A program made the position numbers and the translations under genes. Below, one piece after another: positions 54,036 to 63,359 of a DNA stretch of 64,000 bases; the first letter of the stretch is position 1, and the number at the start of each line of letters is the position of its first letter. The stretch covers positions 3,608 through 67,607 of the forward strand of contig VXOH01000131.1 of NCBI GenBank assembly GCA_009840135.1, in the 5' to 3' direction. Source of the DNA: Chloroflexota bacterium (GTDB taxonomy: Bacteria; Chloroflexota; Dehalococcoidia; Lucifugimonadales; UBA3495). A model generated the notes under the pieces. That model did no database searches. It saw nothing but the letters and a program-made list of their open reading frames with translations, and was not told the origin of the DNA.

Positions 54036-54959
54036 CTACGGCCGCGCCAGCCCCTCGCTGGCCAGCAGGCCTTTCATCCCCTGGGCGAAGGGAATCCGGG
54101 GCTGCCACCCGATAAGCTCCCTGGCCCTGGAGTTATCGGCAGACTTGCGAAACTCCTCATAATCGCCCCTGGGGTTGGGGAGAATATGCGCTACCGGGCC
54201 TCCAATAATGGCAGCTATGTCGTTAACCGACGTTTCTTCTACCGGCCCAATATGCAGCGCGATATGCTGGCCCGTGGGCAGTTCAGCGGCGGCGGCGAGA
54301 AGATTGGCCTCGACCACATCGGACACGTGGGTATAACCGCGGGTCTGGTTCCCGTCGCCGTAGATCGTGAGGGGCTCTTTCAGTCGCCGCATATGCAGGA
54401 ACTTGGGAATTACCAACGGGTATGCACCGCCGGCACGCTGCCGTGGCCCGTACACGTTGAAGTAACGCAGGGAGATAATCCGCATATCGAAGAGCCTGGC
54501 GTACATTTCGGCATACCGCTCACCGACCAGCTTCTGCACCGCGTAGGGAGACAGGGGATTGGGTCTCATGTCCTCGCGCATGATGTGGCATTGCCCCTGG
54601 TGGCCATAGACGCTGGAAGAGGAGGAATTAACTACCCTGCTGACCCCGTTGAGGCGAGCCGCCTGGAGAACATTGAGGGTTCCGGTGACATTCACATGGT
54701 GGGTGCCCACCGGGTCGCTGACCGAGCGCTCCACCCGGGCCCAGGCCGCCGTATGGAATAACCATTCCGCCCCCTTGGTGGCCGATATCAGCATCTCCAG
54801 GTCAGTTACGGTTCCCTCCAACAGGGAGACCTGTGGATTCAGGAAGGAATTATCACCGGTAGAAAGGTCGTCCACCACCACTTCGTGCCCGAGTTGGACC
54901 AGTCGGTCAGCCAGGTGGGAACCAATAAAGCCACAGCCGCCGGTTACAACACACTTCAT
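54036..54959 (-). CDS. NAD-dependent epimerase/dehydratase (UDP-sugar epimerase or UDP-glucuronate decarboxylase-like)
   Basis: Reads VTGGCGFIGSHLADRL, catalytic SPYAVQK (YxxxK), FNVYGPRQ. Confidence 0.9.
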   Translation of the reverse strand: MKCVVTGGCGFIGSHLADRLVQLGHEVVVDDLSTGDNSFLNPQVSLLEGTVTDLEMLISATKGAEWLFHTAAWARVERSVSDPVGTHHVNVTGTLNVLQAARLNGVSRVVNSSSSSVYGHQGQCHIMREDMRPNPLSPYAVQKLVGERYAEMYARLFDMRIISLRYFNVYGPRQRAGGAYPLVIPKFLHMRRLKEPLTIYGDGNQTRGYTHVSDVVEANLLAAAAELPTGQHIALHIGPVEETSVNDIAAIIGGPVAHILPNPRGDYEEFRKSADNSRARELIGWQPRIPFAQGMKGLLASEGLARP

Positions 54960-55159
54960 TTTTCGGTAGTCCCTTTGAGAAACCTGGGAAGCTCGAATTG
55001 CTTGAAATTACGGGAGCGCCAAGCCGGAAGCAATGCCGGTTTATGTTATTAGACTGCCACAGCCGGTGGCGGTTCGGATAATCCTCCTCCCGGGTTCTCT
55101 GCAGCTGGATTTTATAGCATTTATTTTCCAACAAAGTATACAGCTAGTCAAACATACTG

Positions 55160-55188
55160 TTGACACTTAAAACCAATAAGTATATATT
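55160..55188 (+). promoter_or_regulatory. candidate sigma70-type promoter with about 270-nt leader
   Basis: TTGACA, 17 nt, TATATT in an AT-rich patch upstream of 55458. Confidence 0.4.
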
Positions 55189-55457
55189 AACTCCATACTT
55201 ACTAATGTCCATTATGCACCTTAGGCAGCATTACAATTTCAACCTTGCTGTGCCGTTCGCGATCCCGTTACCTCCTGTTCGGGAAACGCGGACACAGTCA
55301 CTGCGGCAGGCGCGCCTTCTCCCACCTCCCCAGAGGAGGCGCGTTTGACCGAATCCAGGACTCCACCCAGCGGAGAGTCTGCCAGATTGATTATTCCTGA
55401 ACCTCGGAAGTAGATGCGTCAACCCCAGCCCTGGGCGGCGCCCTTAAAGGAGAAATT

Positions 55458-55979
55458 ATGGTACCGGTTTATCCCTATCTCATTCGCCGCAGCAACAGCG
55501 GCGACGGCGGAGAGATGCTACTGAGCCTGCGAGACCGCAAAACCGCTATGGTCCTGCAACTTACCATGGACCAGTCCAGGATGCTGGCTGTGGAAATGCG
55601 GGGGCTGGCCACCGATCACTGCTCGTTGCACCACCTGGTGATGGCCGTCTCAAAATCCCTGGGGGCCGAGTTATCCCTGGTCATGATCAAGGGCGCGGGA
55701 CACGGCCAGGTTACCGGGTCCATTCGGCTGGACTGCGAGGACCGCCAACTGGACGTGAACGTGGACGTTGCGGCGGCCCTGGCCATCGCCATGCACCTGG
55801 GGCTACCCATTTACATGGAGAGCTCGGCCATCCACGGAGAGGACCAACTGGAGCCCGTTGCAGCCACCCCTGACACGCACGGCCCCTCGCCAATACCGGA
55901 GGCATTTCGCGAGGTAATTGAGAATCTGGACCTTCCCACTTCAGCGGAGGGCGAAGATCGAGAAGAGAGGGAGAGCTAA
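55458..55979 (+). CDS. bifunctional nuclease family (DUF151/BFN) protein
   Basis: Has the DUF151-like layout MVLQLTMDQSRMLAVEMRG...DVNVDVAAALAIAMHLGLPIYMES and an acidic tail. AAGGAG RBS. Confidence 0.65.
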   Translation: MVPVYPYLIRRSNSGDGGEMLLSLRDRKTAMVLQLTMDQSRMLAVEMRGLATDHCSLHHLVMAVSKSLGAELSLVMIKGAGHGQVTGSIRLDCEDRQLDVNVDVAAALAIAMHLGLPIYMESSAIHGEDQLEPVAATPDTHGPSPIPEAFREVIENLDLPTSAEGEDREERES

Positions 55980-56596
55980 TGACCAATAAGGAAGAGTCCC
56001 GCGTGGCAAACAGGTTGACCCCGGAATCGGTGGAGATACCCGCTACGGATCTTTCCGTTTACGAGGCCCTCTACCGCCGCCGAATGGCCTGGCGCTTCAA
56101 AGATGCTCCTGTTAAGCGGGAGGCCATAAATCGGATGCTGGATACCGCCGTCTGGGCCCCTAACCACAGGCTGACCGAGCCCTGGCGGTTCTTCGTTCTG
56201 GAAAAGGACACCGAGGCCCGGCGGCAGGCTGCGGAGGCGGCCTACGAATACTCGTTGGAAGACGGCAACCGGGGCAGGGCTGAGGCCGCCTGCCAAAAGG
56301 TTCTGGAGCCTCCCGTTTTGATTTTCGTCTATAGCCAGCCAGGCGACAACGATGGGGTCACCAGGGAAAACTACGCATCCGTTTGTTGCGCCGTTCAGAA
56401 CATATCCCTGGCCGCCGTGGCCGAAGGTCTGACCGTCACCTGGGAAACGGGACGGATCACACGCAGCCCGGAACTGACGAAAATTCTTGGGTCCGAGAAA
56501 GAATGGCAGATGGTGGGCGCCCTCTCAGTCGGCGTTCCCGATGAAGAGCTCAACCCTCCCAGAACACCGGCTGCCGAGTTCACCACCTGGCTGTAG
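55979..56596 (+). CDS. nitroreductase family protein
   Basis: Reads RRRMAWRFKDAPV...AVWAPNHRLTEPWRFFVL...CCAVQNISLAAVAEGL. Start overlaps the upstream stop (TAATG). Confidence 0.85.
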   Translation: MTNKEESRVANRLTPESVEIPATDLSVYEALYRRRMAWRFKDAPVKREAINRMLDTAVWAPNHRLTEPWRFFVLEKDTEARRQAAEAAYEYSLEDGNRGRAEAACQKVLEPPVLIFVYSQPGDNDGVTRENYASVCCAVQNISLAAVAEGLTVTWETGRITRSPELTKILGSEKEWQMVGALSVGVPDEELNPPRTPAAEFTTWL

Positions 56597-56974
56597 GCCG
56601 GTGTATTGCGCGACCCTCAGAGGCTGGATTTTTGGACTGACCGCTTCCAGAGAGAATGGGGCGGGCGCCGGTGAACGCCTCCTCCCAGGCCTTCCTGGCC
56701 GCCTTCAGGCTGAAGTGCGGTGACGAAGCGGCACGGGCCTGGCTGCGGGAGATGCAGGCCAACAACATATGAGGGCATCCCGATAACTCGATCATCGTAG
56801 CGGCGGCTGCCCGGCGGGAAGTTGACATGGGCTTGGTGACCCGCTCTTAGCTGCAGCCCTTCCTGCAATAAGAAAGCGAGGGGTTCGAAGCCCGCACCCA
56901 CTTCCACAAGGCTGGAAACCCGGGCGCGACGGCGCCGTCTGCCGGGCCGGGTCCATTTCCTAACTTCGGTATGC

Positions 56975-57703
56975 CTACTCCGGTTCTTCCACCGCCGCGG
57001 AGCCAAACCTGGCGATGAAGAGCCGCTCCACCCTTCCGGTAAAGAGCATAAAGCCTATTGCCGCCAGCCACAGGACAAAGGCCACGCCACTGAAGCGATG
57101 CAGATAAGTCAGAGCATCAATCCAAATCAGGAGCATGGCGGCGCCGATGATGACCGACAAGGGCGATATGAACCGCAACGCCCCTCCTGCCATCCACTGG
57201 TACCGGGCGGCCACCAGCAAAGCCAGTCCGGCGGCGGTGAAGCCCAGCTTGCCGGTAAACCAGCGAAGGAAGGCGGTAATCTCCGTGAAGGCTCCGGGAT
57301 CCGCGGAGTTCGTCGCTACCACTGCCAGTACCGCCGCGCCGAGGCCGGACACGGCCGTGAATATGCCTGAGGCCATGAATAGCCACGGGACCATCGGGGT
57401 CGCTCGGCGCTGGCGGATTATCCAGGTCGCCAGCAAGAGCCAGGCGCCCGCAAGCAGCGTCACTCCCGACACCAAGCGGGCAATACCGCTCAGGCCGTAG
57501 GAAATCCGGCTTTCCGCGATGGCCGGCAGGGATTCCACCAGAGTTGGCTGGTCGGCGTCAGCCATAACGCGGGCAGCCACCATGAGCAACGTAACCACCG
57601 CCGTGGCGATCAACAGCAGGCCGGCATAGCGGGCAGCCGAATCGCCCGGCCGTTCCGGAACCGCATTTGAGAAGTTTTGGGGTTCAGGCGCTGATTCCTG
57701 CAT
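56975..57703 (-). CDS. hypothetical multi-pass membrane protein (last gene of the imelysin/HTTM operon)
   Basis: 242 aa, about 6 TM helices. The start lies 7 nt after the HTTM stop. Confidence 0.7.
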   Translation of the reverse strand: MQESAPEPQNFSNAVPERPGDSAARYAGLLLIATAVVTLLMVAARVMADADQPTLVESLPAIAESRISYGLSGIARLVSGVTLLAGAWLLLATWIIRQRRATPMVPWLFMASGIFTAVSGLGAAVLAVVATNSADPGAFTEITAFLRWFTGKLGFTAAGLALLVAARYQWMAGGALRFISPLSVIIGAAMLLIWIDALTYLHRFSGVAFVLWLAAIGFMLFTGRVERLFIARFGSAAVEEPE

Positions 57704-57709
57704 TTAAAG

Positions 57710-59158
57710 TTACCCCCGTTTTTCAGGATAGGGCAATATCCAGGCTCTGGGACCAATACCTGGCTGAACGGTTGCCAGGTCTACAGTCGGGTCAATCAGG
57801 CGAGCCGCAGGTCTGCCGTTGTAGCTGACGTAGGCATCTGCCCGGACCTGCGCTCGCCCATAACCCTGGTTGGCCAAGTCATCCCTTACCAGGTGGGCCG
57901 TGGCCAGTATCAGATCGGGCTGATGGGACATTCGCTCAACCTGCGCCGGTGTCAGGTACTCGTCCGGGTAAACCAGAGTTGCCCTGGCGTCGGGGTCGCT
58001 GCTGACCCGGTAAACCACCTGCCCCGTCTTTTCCGTAAGCATCATTCGCCAGGCGAAAGAGTAGCCTTCCTCGGTCCAGCGCACGTTACCGGGGTAGGCA
58101 TAGTGACGCAGGGGCACAGCCACCTGGATCAGCAGGAATATTGCGGCGGTTGCGATAGCGGCTGTGATCTGCCAGTCCGGGCTTTCGTTTAATGGGGGGC
58201 GACGGCGAAACTCCACAGGAGCTTGCCGCAAGTTCACATGCTGCCGCACCCGCTTTATCAACTTCAGCGGCCAGTCGGGAGCGAAGAAAATCAGCGTAAC
58301 GCCCATCATGATCCAGGGGAACATGCCCAGCGCGGGAAAGAGCAGGGCCGTGGCAAGGTGGAATAACACCAACACCCCATAAGCCCAGGGCCGGGTCCTC
58401 CGCCACAACAGCCAGCTTACTATGGTCAGGTCAAAGACTGCTCCTCCCCAACTCATGGCATAGGCTACCCACTCCTCCCGCAACAGGCCGCCTATCAGGG
58501 GGACGTCGCCGGCGTTGTACAGCCAGATGCGCAGTGGTTGGGCATGGAACAGCCAGTCGGGATTCAGCTTGGCCAGGCCCCCGAACACGTAAACCAGGCC
58601 AACCTGGGCCATCAGCAACCACAGGATGCCCCTGGGTATCACTGGCGAGTCGTGGGCCTTGGGGCTTCCTAGCGCGTCAAGGGAAGCCACCCGGTTCAGG
58701 GGCAGGAAAATCATGATGAAGCTGAGCAGGCTGACCAGGTAGTAGTGGTTGAGGTAGGTAGTCCGGTCAATCAGCTCAACATAGGTGAAAAGGAGAAAGA
58801 AGGCAGTAATGGACAACCGGTAGCGGTATCCCAGCATTACGCCCAGGCAGGCCAGGCCCAACAGCGCAAAGTGCAGGTACATTCCCCAGGCGGGCCAGGC
58901 CTGCACCCAACTGAACCCGTAGTAGCTGAAGTGGTGGACCGGTTCCAGGTAAAGCTGGGAAATCCACCCATTTAAGGCAAAACGGACAACTGCCACCAGC
59001 CCAAGAAGGCCGAAAACGATACGGAATGCAGCCGCCGAATAGGGCGAAACCGGGTGCAGGACGGACCTGATTAGACGACTGGTCAGCCTCTCAAAGCCCC
59101 CGGGGACGCGGCCAAGGGCCAGGGATGCAATGGAAGTGGCTTGGGCAGACAAGGGCAA
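57710..59158 (-). CDS. HTTM domain protein (vitamin K-dependent gamma-carboxylase-like)
   Basis: Reads AAAFRIVFGLLGLVAVVRF...HFSYYGFSW...YVELIDRTTYLNHYYLVSLL. The C-terminal part FAWRMMLTEKTG...YLTPAQVERMSHQPDLIL is like the carboxylase lumenal region. TTG start. Confidence 0.85.
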   Translation of the reverse strand: MPLSAQATSIASLALGRVPGGFERLTSRLIRSVLHPVSPYSAAAFRIVFGLLGLVAVVRFALNGWISQLYLEPVHHFSYYGFSWVQAWPAWGMYLHFALLGLACLGVMLGYRYRLSITAFFLLFTYVELIDRTTYLNHYYLVSLLSFIMIFLPLNRVASLDALGSPKAHDSPVIPRGILWLLMAQVGLVYVFGGLAKLNPDWLFHAQPLRIWLYNAGDVPLIGGLLREEWVAYAMSWGGAVFDLTIVSWLLWRRTRPWAYGVLVLFHLATALLFPALGMFPWIMMGVTLIFFAPDWPLKLIKRVRQHVNLRQAPVEFRRRPPLNESPDWQITAAIATAAIFLLIQVAVPLRHYAYPGNVRWTEEGYSFAWRMMLTEKTGQVVYRVSSDPDARATLVYPDEYLTPAQVERMSHQPDLILATAHLVRDDLANQGYGRAQVRADAYVSYNGRPAARLIDPTVDLATVQPGIGPRAWILPYPEKRG

Positions 59159-59165
59159 CGCCTTT

Positions 59166-60290
59166 TTACCGCAGGGTGTCGCCGTCGGTGTCGGAGAAGC
59201 CTACCGACACTCCCAGCAGGCTGACCACCTCGGTGGCCAGGGTCAACTGTATATCGGCAAGCCGGTCGTAGAGAGCATGTACCTGCTCGGGCCGCTCTTC
59301 AATGGCGACCCTCAGTGGTCCATCCACATCATCAACGGCTTTGATGGCAGCTGCCAGTTGCTCCCTCAGGCGCTGGTCCGTCTCCTCGGACAGGGGCCGG
59401 ACCAAGTCCGAAATGCCGAGGGAATCGGCTCCTGACCCCTCGTAAACCCTCTGCATGCCAATCAGCTCATTTCGCAGGTCGGCCAGGCCATTGTCCGCGG
59501 CATTGCCCGGAATAGCGGTCAAGTCGGTTCCGTCGCCCCGGAGCCCCAGGGCCGTGGCCATGCGCATGTGAACAATGTCCCTGATCAGAAATACCTGGGT
59601 ACGGACCACTTCCTCCACCGCGTCGCCCGAAACAAGGGACAGGCTTGCCCGGTCAGTAAAGTAGTCCCGGTAAGGGGTTCCCAGTTCGCCGCCCTCGGTC
59701 CAGTCAGCGAAGATTGCCTCCGTTTCTTCGCGACCAAGCTGGGTCAAGGCAATAAGATATTGGCAATACCCAAGGGAACCGGAGACCGTCGCCACGGCAT
59801 CATCGCGGAACAAGAGGTGCTCGATGGAGCCGAAACCCCGGCGGCTGGCCGAGTAGGAGTTCCGGACCTGGTCGGCGTCTGTGGAGAAGCCAGTGTCGGC
59901 TACGGACTCGTCAATTGCCGCTGTATCGGTGGGGGACCAGTCCAGCAGGCTTTCGGACCGCCGGTCCATCACCGGCCCGAAGGACATTGCGCTGGTCTGA
60001 AGCCAGGAAGCGCGAGCCGAGCGCCACGCCTGACGCGTGTCCTCCAGCGCCGCTTCCGAGGGAGCACTGCAGAGGGCGGTCGCTTTACTGTCCAGCTCCG
60101 CGGAGTCGCCAGCCAGCTGCCGGTATGCCGGCGCCACCACCTCGTCCGTCAGGTCGATTAAGACTTCCTTGTCGGAAGGTGCGCCGCCCAGGCACGCCGC
60201 GGCGGCCAGCAGCAAGGCCGCCAGGATGGGAGCCAATCTTACCGCAGCATGCAGCAATTTAGAGGGAACCAAGGAATTTAAGAAGAGCAT
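59166..60290 (-). CDS. imelysin-like (peptidase M75 fold) lipoprotein
   Basis: Lipobox LAAAAC; AWRSARASWLQTSAMSFGP, GFGSIEHLLF; C-terminal GFSDTDGD. Confidence 0.7.
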   Translation of the reverse strand: MLFLNSLVPSKLLHAAVRLAPILAALLLAAAACLGGAPSDKEVLIDLTDEVVAPAYRQLAGDSAELDSKATALCSAPSEAALEDTRQAWRSARASWLQTSAMSFGPVMDRRSESLLDWSPTDTAAIDESVADTGFSTDADQVRNSYSASRRGFGSIEHLLFRDDAVATVSGSLGYCQYLIALTQLGREETEAIFADWTEGGELGTPYRDYFTDRASLSLVSGDAVEEVVRTQVFLIRDIVHMRMATALGLRGDGTDLTAIPGNAADNGLADLRNELIGMQRVYEGSGADSLGISDLVRPLSEETDQRLREQLAAAIKAVDDVDGPLRVAIEERPEQVHALYDRLADIQLTLATEVVSLLGVSVGFSDTDGDTLR

Positions 60291-61680
60291 TTCTTTCTTC
60301 GAGAGTTAGGCCCATAAAGTTGTCGCGGGACTCTTTAGCTTCGCCGTCGTGCCAGAGAATAGCTTCTTCCAGGCTGCGGGCCCTGCCGTCGTGCAAGAAG
60401 AAGGTGTGCCCATTTACGACTTCAACCAGTCCAATGCCCCACAGGGGCGGCGTACGCCACTCGGTACCGCTCGCCAACCCGTCAGGCCGGTGGTCGGCCA
60501 GCCCCTCTCCCATGTCGTGCAACAGCAGGTCGGTATAAGGATAGATTACCTGTCCCCGCAGAGGTTCCAAAGGGTGAGTGTTTCCGGTTTCGTGCCTGGG
60601 GGTGTGGCAGGCCGAACACTGGGACTGGACGAACAGCCTCGCCCCCTGTTTGACCTCATCGTCTTCAGTATTCCGCATAGCGGGAACGGCAAGGGTCTGC
60701 GTGTATATAGTCACCTTCTCCAGGCGGGCCTCCGTCAATTCGGGCTCGCCGCCGTTGGGGGCCTGGGCGCAGGCTGATTGGGCTTGGGGACAATTCTGAT
60801 CGGGCAGCAGGCTGGAGGTGATTCCGATGTCTCCCAGGAATGCGCCCGCAGCCTGCTGCTCCACCGTGGGCTGGTTGGCCTTCCAGCCAAAACGCCCGAG
60901 GGACAACTTATCATTGCGGATATCCCAGACATAGTTGGCGCGGCCTGAGATGCCGTCGTTATTGGCGTCATCCGGGTCTGCCAAGGCCAACATATCCTCC
61001 CCGGGTATGGCTTCCAGCAGGCCCATCCCGATGGTGGACGGGGCGATACGGGGCGAAATCATCACCTCCGGGTGGACCAGTCCAAAGGCCGGGTCTTCAA
61101 TGCCGTACGTGGGACGACGCAGACTGTATTCCGTTCCGTCAGGGTAATTGCCGGAGATGTCCGTGTAGATAATCCCTATCCGGCCCTCCGGCGGAACCCC
61201 CAGGATGGAGCGGTCCTGCAACTGGTCGCCGTAAACGGGCTCGGCAACGGGGCCGTCGGGTCCCGGAATGCTCAATCTCAGCAGCAGGCCCCTCACCGGG
61301 TCCTCCGCATTCTCCGGAGGCCGGGCTCGACCATCGTGGCTGTGGCAGGAGGAACAGGACAGGGCGTTCATCGTGGGTCCCAGCCCGTCTCTGGCCTTGG
61401 TGCTGGCCGGGGCAGTGACCCAGTTCTGCTCAAAAAAGCTGTCTCCCACCTCAAAGGCCCGGCGCAACGGCGTGTCCAAATTGCGGGCGGAGAGTTCGAA
61501 GGCGCTCTTGCCATCCGTGAAGGCCGTGGTATCTCCACCCAGGCGCTCGTCATACACTTCCCGCAGGTCAATGCCCCGCTGATAGAATTGGCAACCCATC
61601 ACAAGGATAGTCAAGACCGCCAGCAGCAAGGCTGCCGACGGTCTGGCCAGATGTTTCAGGATCGGGCAGGGACGGGGCAT
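60259..61680 (-). CDS. di-haem oxidoreductase / putative peroxidase (DUF1111 family) lipoprotein
   Basis: Two CxxCH motifs (CSSCHSHDGR, CSACHTP); lipobox LVMGC. Confidence 0.85.
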   Translation of the reverse strand: MPRPCPILKHLARPSAALLLAVLTILVMGCQFYQRGIDLREVYDERLGGDTTAFTDGKSAFELSARNLDTPLRRAFEVGDSFFEQNWVTAPASTKARDGLGPTMNALSCSSCHSHDGRARPPENAEDPVRGLLLRLSIPGPDGPVAEPVYGDQLQDRSILGVPPEGRIGIIYTDISGNYPDGTEYSLRRPTYGIEDPAFGLVHPEVMISPRIAPSTIGMGLLEAIPGEDMLALADPDDANNDGISGRANYVWDIRNDKLSLGRFGWKANQPTVEQQAAGAFLGDIGITSSLLPDQNCPQAQSACAQAPNGGEPELTEARLEKVTIYTQTLAVPAMRNTEDDEVKQGARLFVQSQCSACHTPRHETGNTHPLEPLRGQVIYPYTDLLLHDMGEGLADHRPDGLASGTEWRTPPLWGIGLVEVVNGHTFFLHDGRARSLEEAILWHDGEAKESRDNFMGLTLEERNALLKFLGSL

Positions 61681-61690
61681 AGCGAGGTTT

Positions 61691-62857
61691 CTAGCTGACG
61701 CTTATGGTAATTCCCACTCCCTGGGCCGCGCTGACGATAGTGTCAGTCTGGGCCTCGAGAGCCTCAATAGTCTCCAGGACTGCCCGGCGATTGGGGGCGG
61801 CATCGGATATACCCTCCAGCAACGCGCCGTCGAAGGGGGCAGGAATGGAGCGGGCCAGGTAAACTGAGCGGTTTATCTCAGCCGCAAGCCTATCGGCCAG
61901 CGCCTGGTCCTGCGCCGCTATCAATTCCCTGATACCGGGGCCGGAGACTGAACCATAGTCCCCAAAGTACACCCGCTGGATTCCGGCGGCGTTTGCCACT
62001 ATGTCCGAGATCGTGTTATCCGAGAAGCACGAGTGTTCGTCTTCCTGGGACCGGGCATCGTAGGCCACGGTCATGCGCTCACCGGCAAGTTCGCCACGGC
62101 TCATTTCGCCGATTCCGGTAATGATGTCGGTGATGGCATCATCGGAGTCCTTGGAGACGAACTGAGCCCGGTAGTTGCTCTGACCGGGAGCCCAGGCGTT
62201 CACCATGTCCTGGAGGTGGGACAGAAGCAGGTCGGATGAGACCGCCAGGTAGGTAGCGCGGCGGTCCGCGTTGTCCGCGGTAGTGTAGTCGGAGACGGGG
62301 CGATAGCCGGGGCCGTCCTCATTCAGGTCCTGCCCCCACAGCAGGAACTCGATGGCGTGCCAGCCCGTGGAGATATTCGCCTCGCCGCCCTCTTCGTTGA
62401 GGGATACCAACAGGTCGGCGTCAATAGTCGGATACTCTTCCGGCATATTGATTATGCCGGAGTTCGCGTTGCCTTCCACGTAGTCCACGTAGGACTCGTC
62501 CATGGGCCAGGCATTGATCAACCCTTCGGGGCCATCGGCTTCGTTATCGATGGGACCTTCGTAGAACCGGTAAATCTCGGTCACTCCGTAATCGTCCCGG
62601 GCCAAAAGCCAAGCCCGCTTGGCGGCATCCAGGCGAACCTGAGAAGGCTCCGCCAGGAAGTTATCTATTGCCACATCCATGGCCTGTGCGGAAGCCAGGC
62701 TGCGGGAATAGGACGCATGAGCGCCGGATGCGTAATTCTCGACCACCGAGGTTTTCAGTTCATCGGTGGGTCCCCGGGAAGCGCAGGCGGCCAATGAAGC
62801 CAGCGCCAGCAGGGTTACTGCCAGTGTTATAAGGACCTTTTTTGCCATGACAACCAT
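61691..62857 (-). CDS. imelysin family lipoprotein (iron-regulated protein A-like)
   Basis: Has GWHAIEFLLWGQDLNEDGPGYRP and lipobox LASLAAC. Start taken at MVVMAKK (62855-62857) with AGGAG 6 nt upstream. Confidence 0.8.
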   Translation of the reverse strand: MVVMAKKVLITLAVTLLALASLAACASRGPTDELKTSVVENYASGAHASYSRSLASAQAMDVAIDNFLAEPSQVRLDAAKRAWLLARDDYGVTEIYRFYEGPIDNEADGPEGLINAWPMDESYVDYVEGNANSGIINMPEEYPTIDADLLVSLNEEGGEANISTGWHAIEFLLWGQDLNEDGPGYRPVSDYTTADNADRRATYLAVSSDLLLSHLQDMVNAWAPGQSNYRAQFVSKDSDDAITDIITGIGEMSRGELAGERMTVAYDARSQEDEHSCFSDNTISDIVANAAGIQRVYFGDYGSVSGPGIRELIAAQDQALADRLAAEINRSVYLARSIPAPFDGALLEGISDAAPNRRAVLETIEALEAQTDTIVSAAQGVGITISVS

Positions 62858-63065
62858 GTTCAACTCCTTTACCTCGTTTAACCTGAATCTACATACCCAG
62901 GCACGCAAAACCTGGATTTTCATACACCGCTATAACGATGCCAGTAAATACCATGGCCAGCTCGGATACAGTCCAAAGACCTCTCCGCTTCAAATCCTGG
63001 ACGCATCAATTCGGTTAACATCACATAGCACAGTTGGCATATCAATTTCTATTGTGAATGTAAAA

Positions 63066-63133
63066 ATATATCATTTATCATTAGTGCAAGAATCTTAAAC
63101 AGTATATGCACTATTGTCAATGGCATATTGACA
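63066..63133 (-). promoter_or_regulatory. candidate promoter of the imelysin operon with overlapping palindrome and Fur-like box
   Basis: On the minus strand: TTGACA (63115-63120), 17 nt, TAAGAT (63092-63097). The palindrome TGTCAAT-N5-ATTGACA (63115-63133) overlaps the -35. CTAATGATAAATGATATAT (63084-63066) has TAATGATAA identical to the Fur consensus core. Confidence 0.35.
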
Positions 63134-63359
63134 CATGCTTAATTCAGTGTTTTAACTAACTGTTCTTTGTCGTCTTAACTTTTAGATAGACTAATTGGGC
63201 ATACTCGCTGTTCGGGACATAGGGAAGAAAGGCTCTTGGCCGCCCAGCGTGCAGTAATGGACGAGGCCTGTGGTGGGCCCGGAATTTCGGACCGGTAGCA
63301 AAGTGAGAGTCCCGCTCCTGAACCGAGGGCAGCGTTGCTGTGGGAAGGAGCAGCAAATG

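Noticed and set aside
56876-56906. tRNA-like 3' end (ggggttcgaagccc...acccacttcca, T-loop-like plus CCA)
   Set aside because: The T-stem pairs at only 3 bp, and no complementary 5' acceptor (agtgggt) or anticodon arm lies upstream. At most it is a decayed fragment. The neighbouring 38-codon frame ending LREMQANNI is too short to call.
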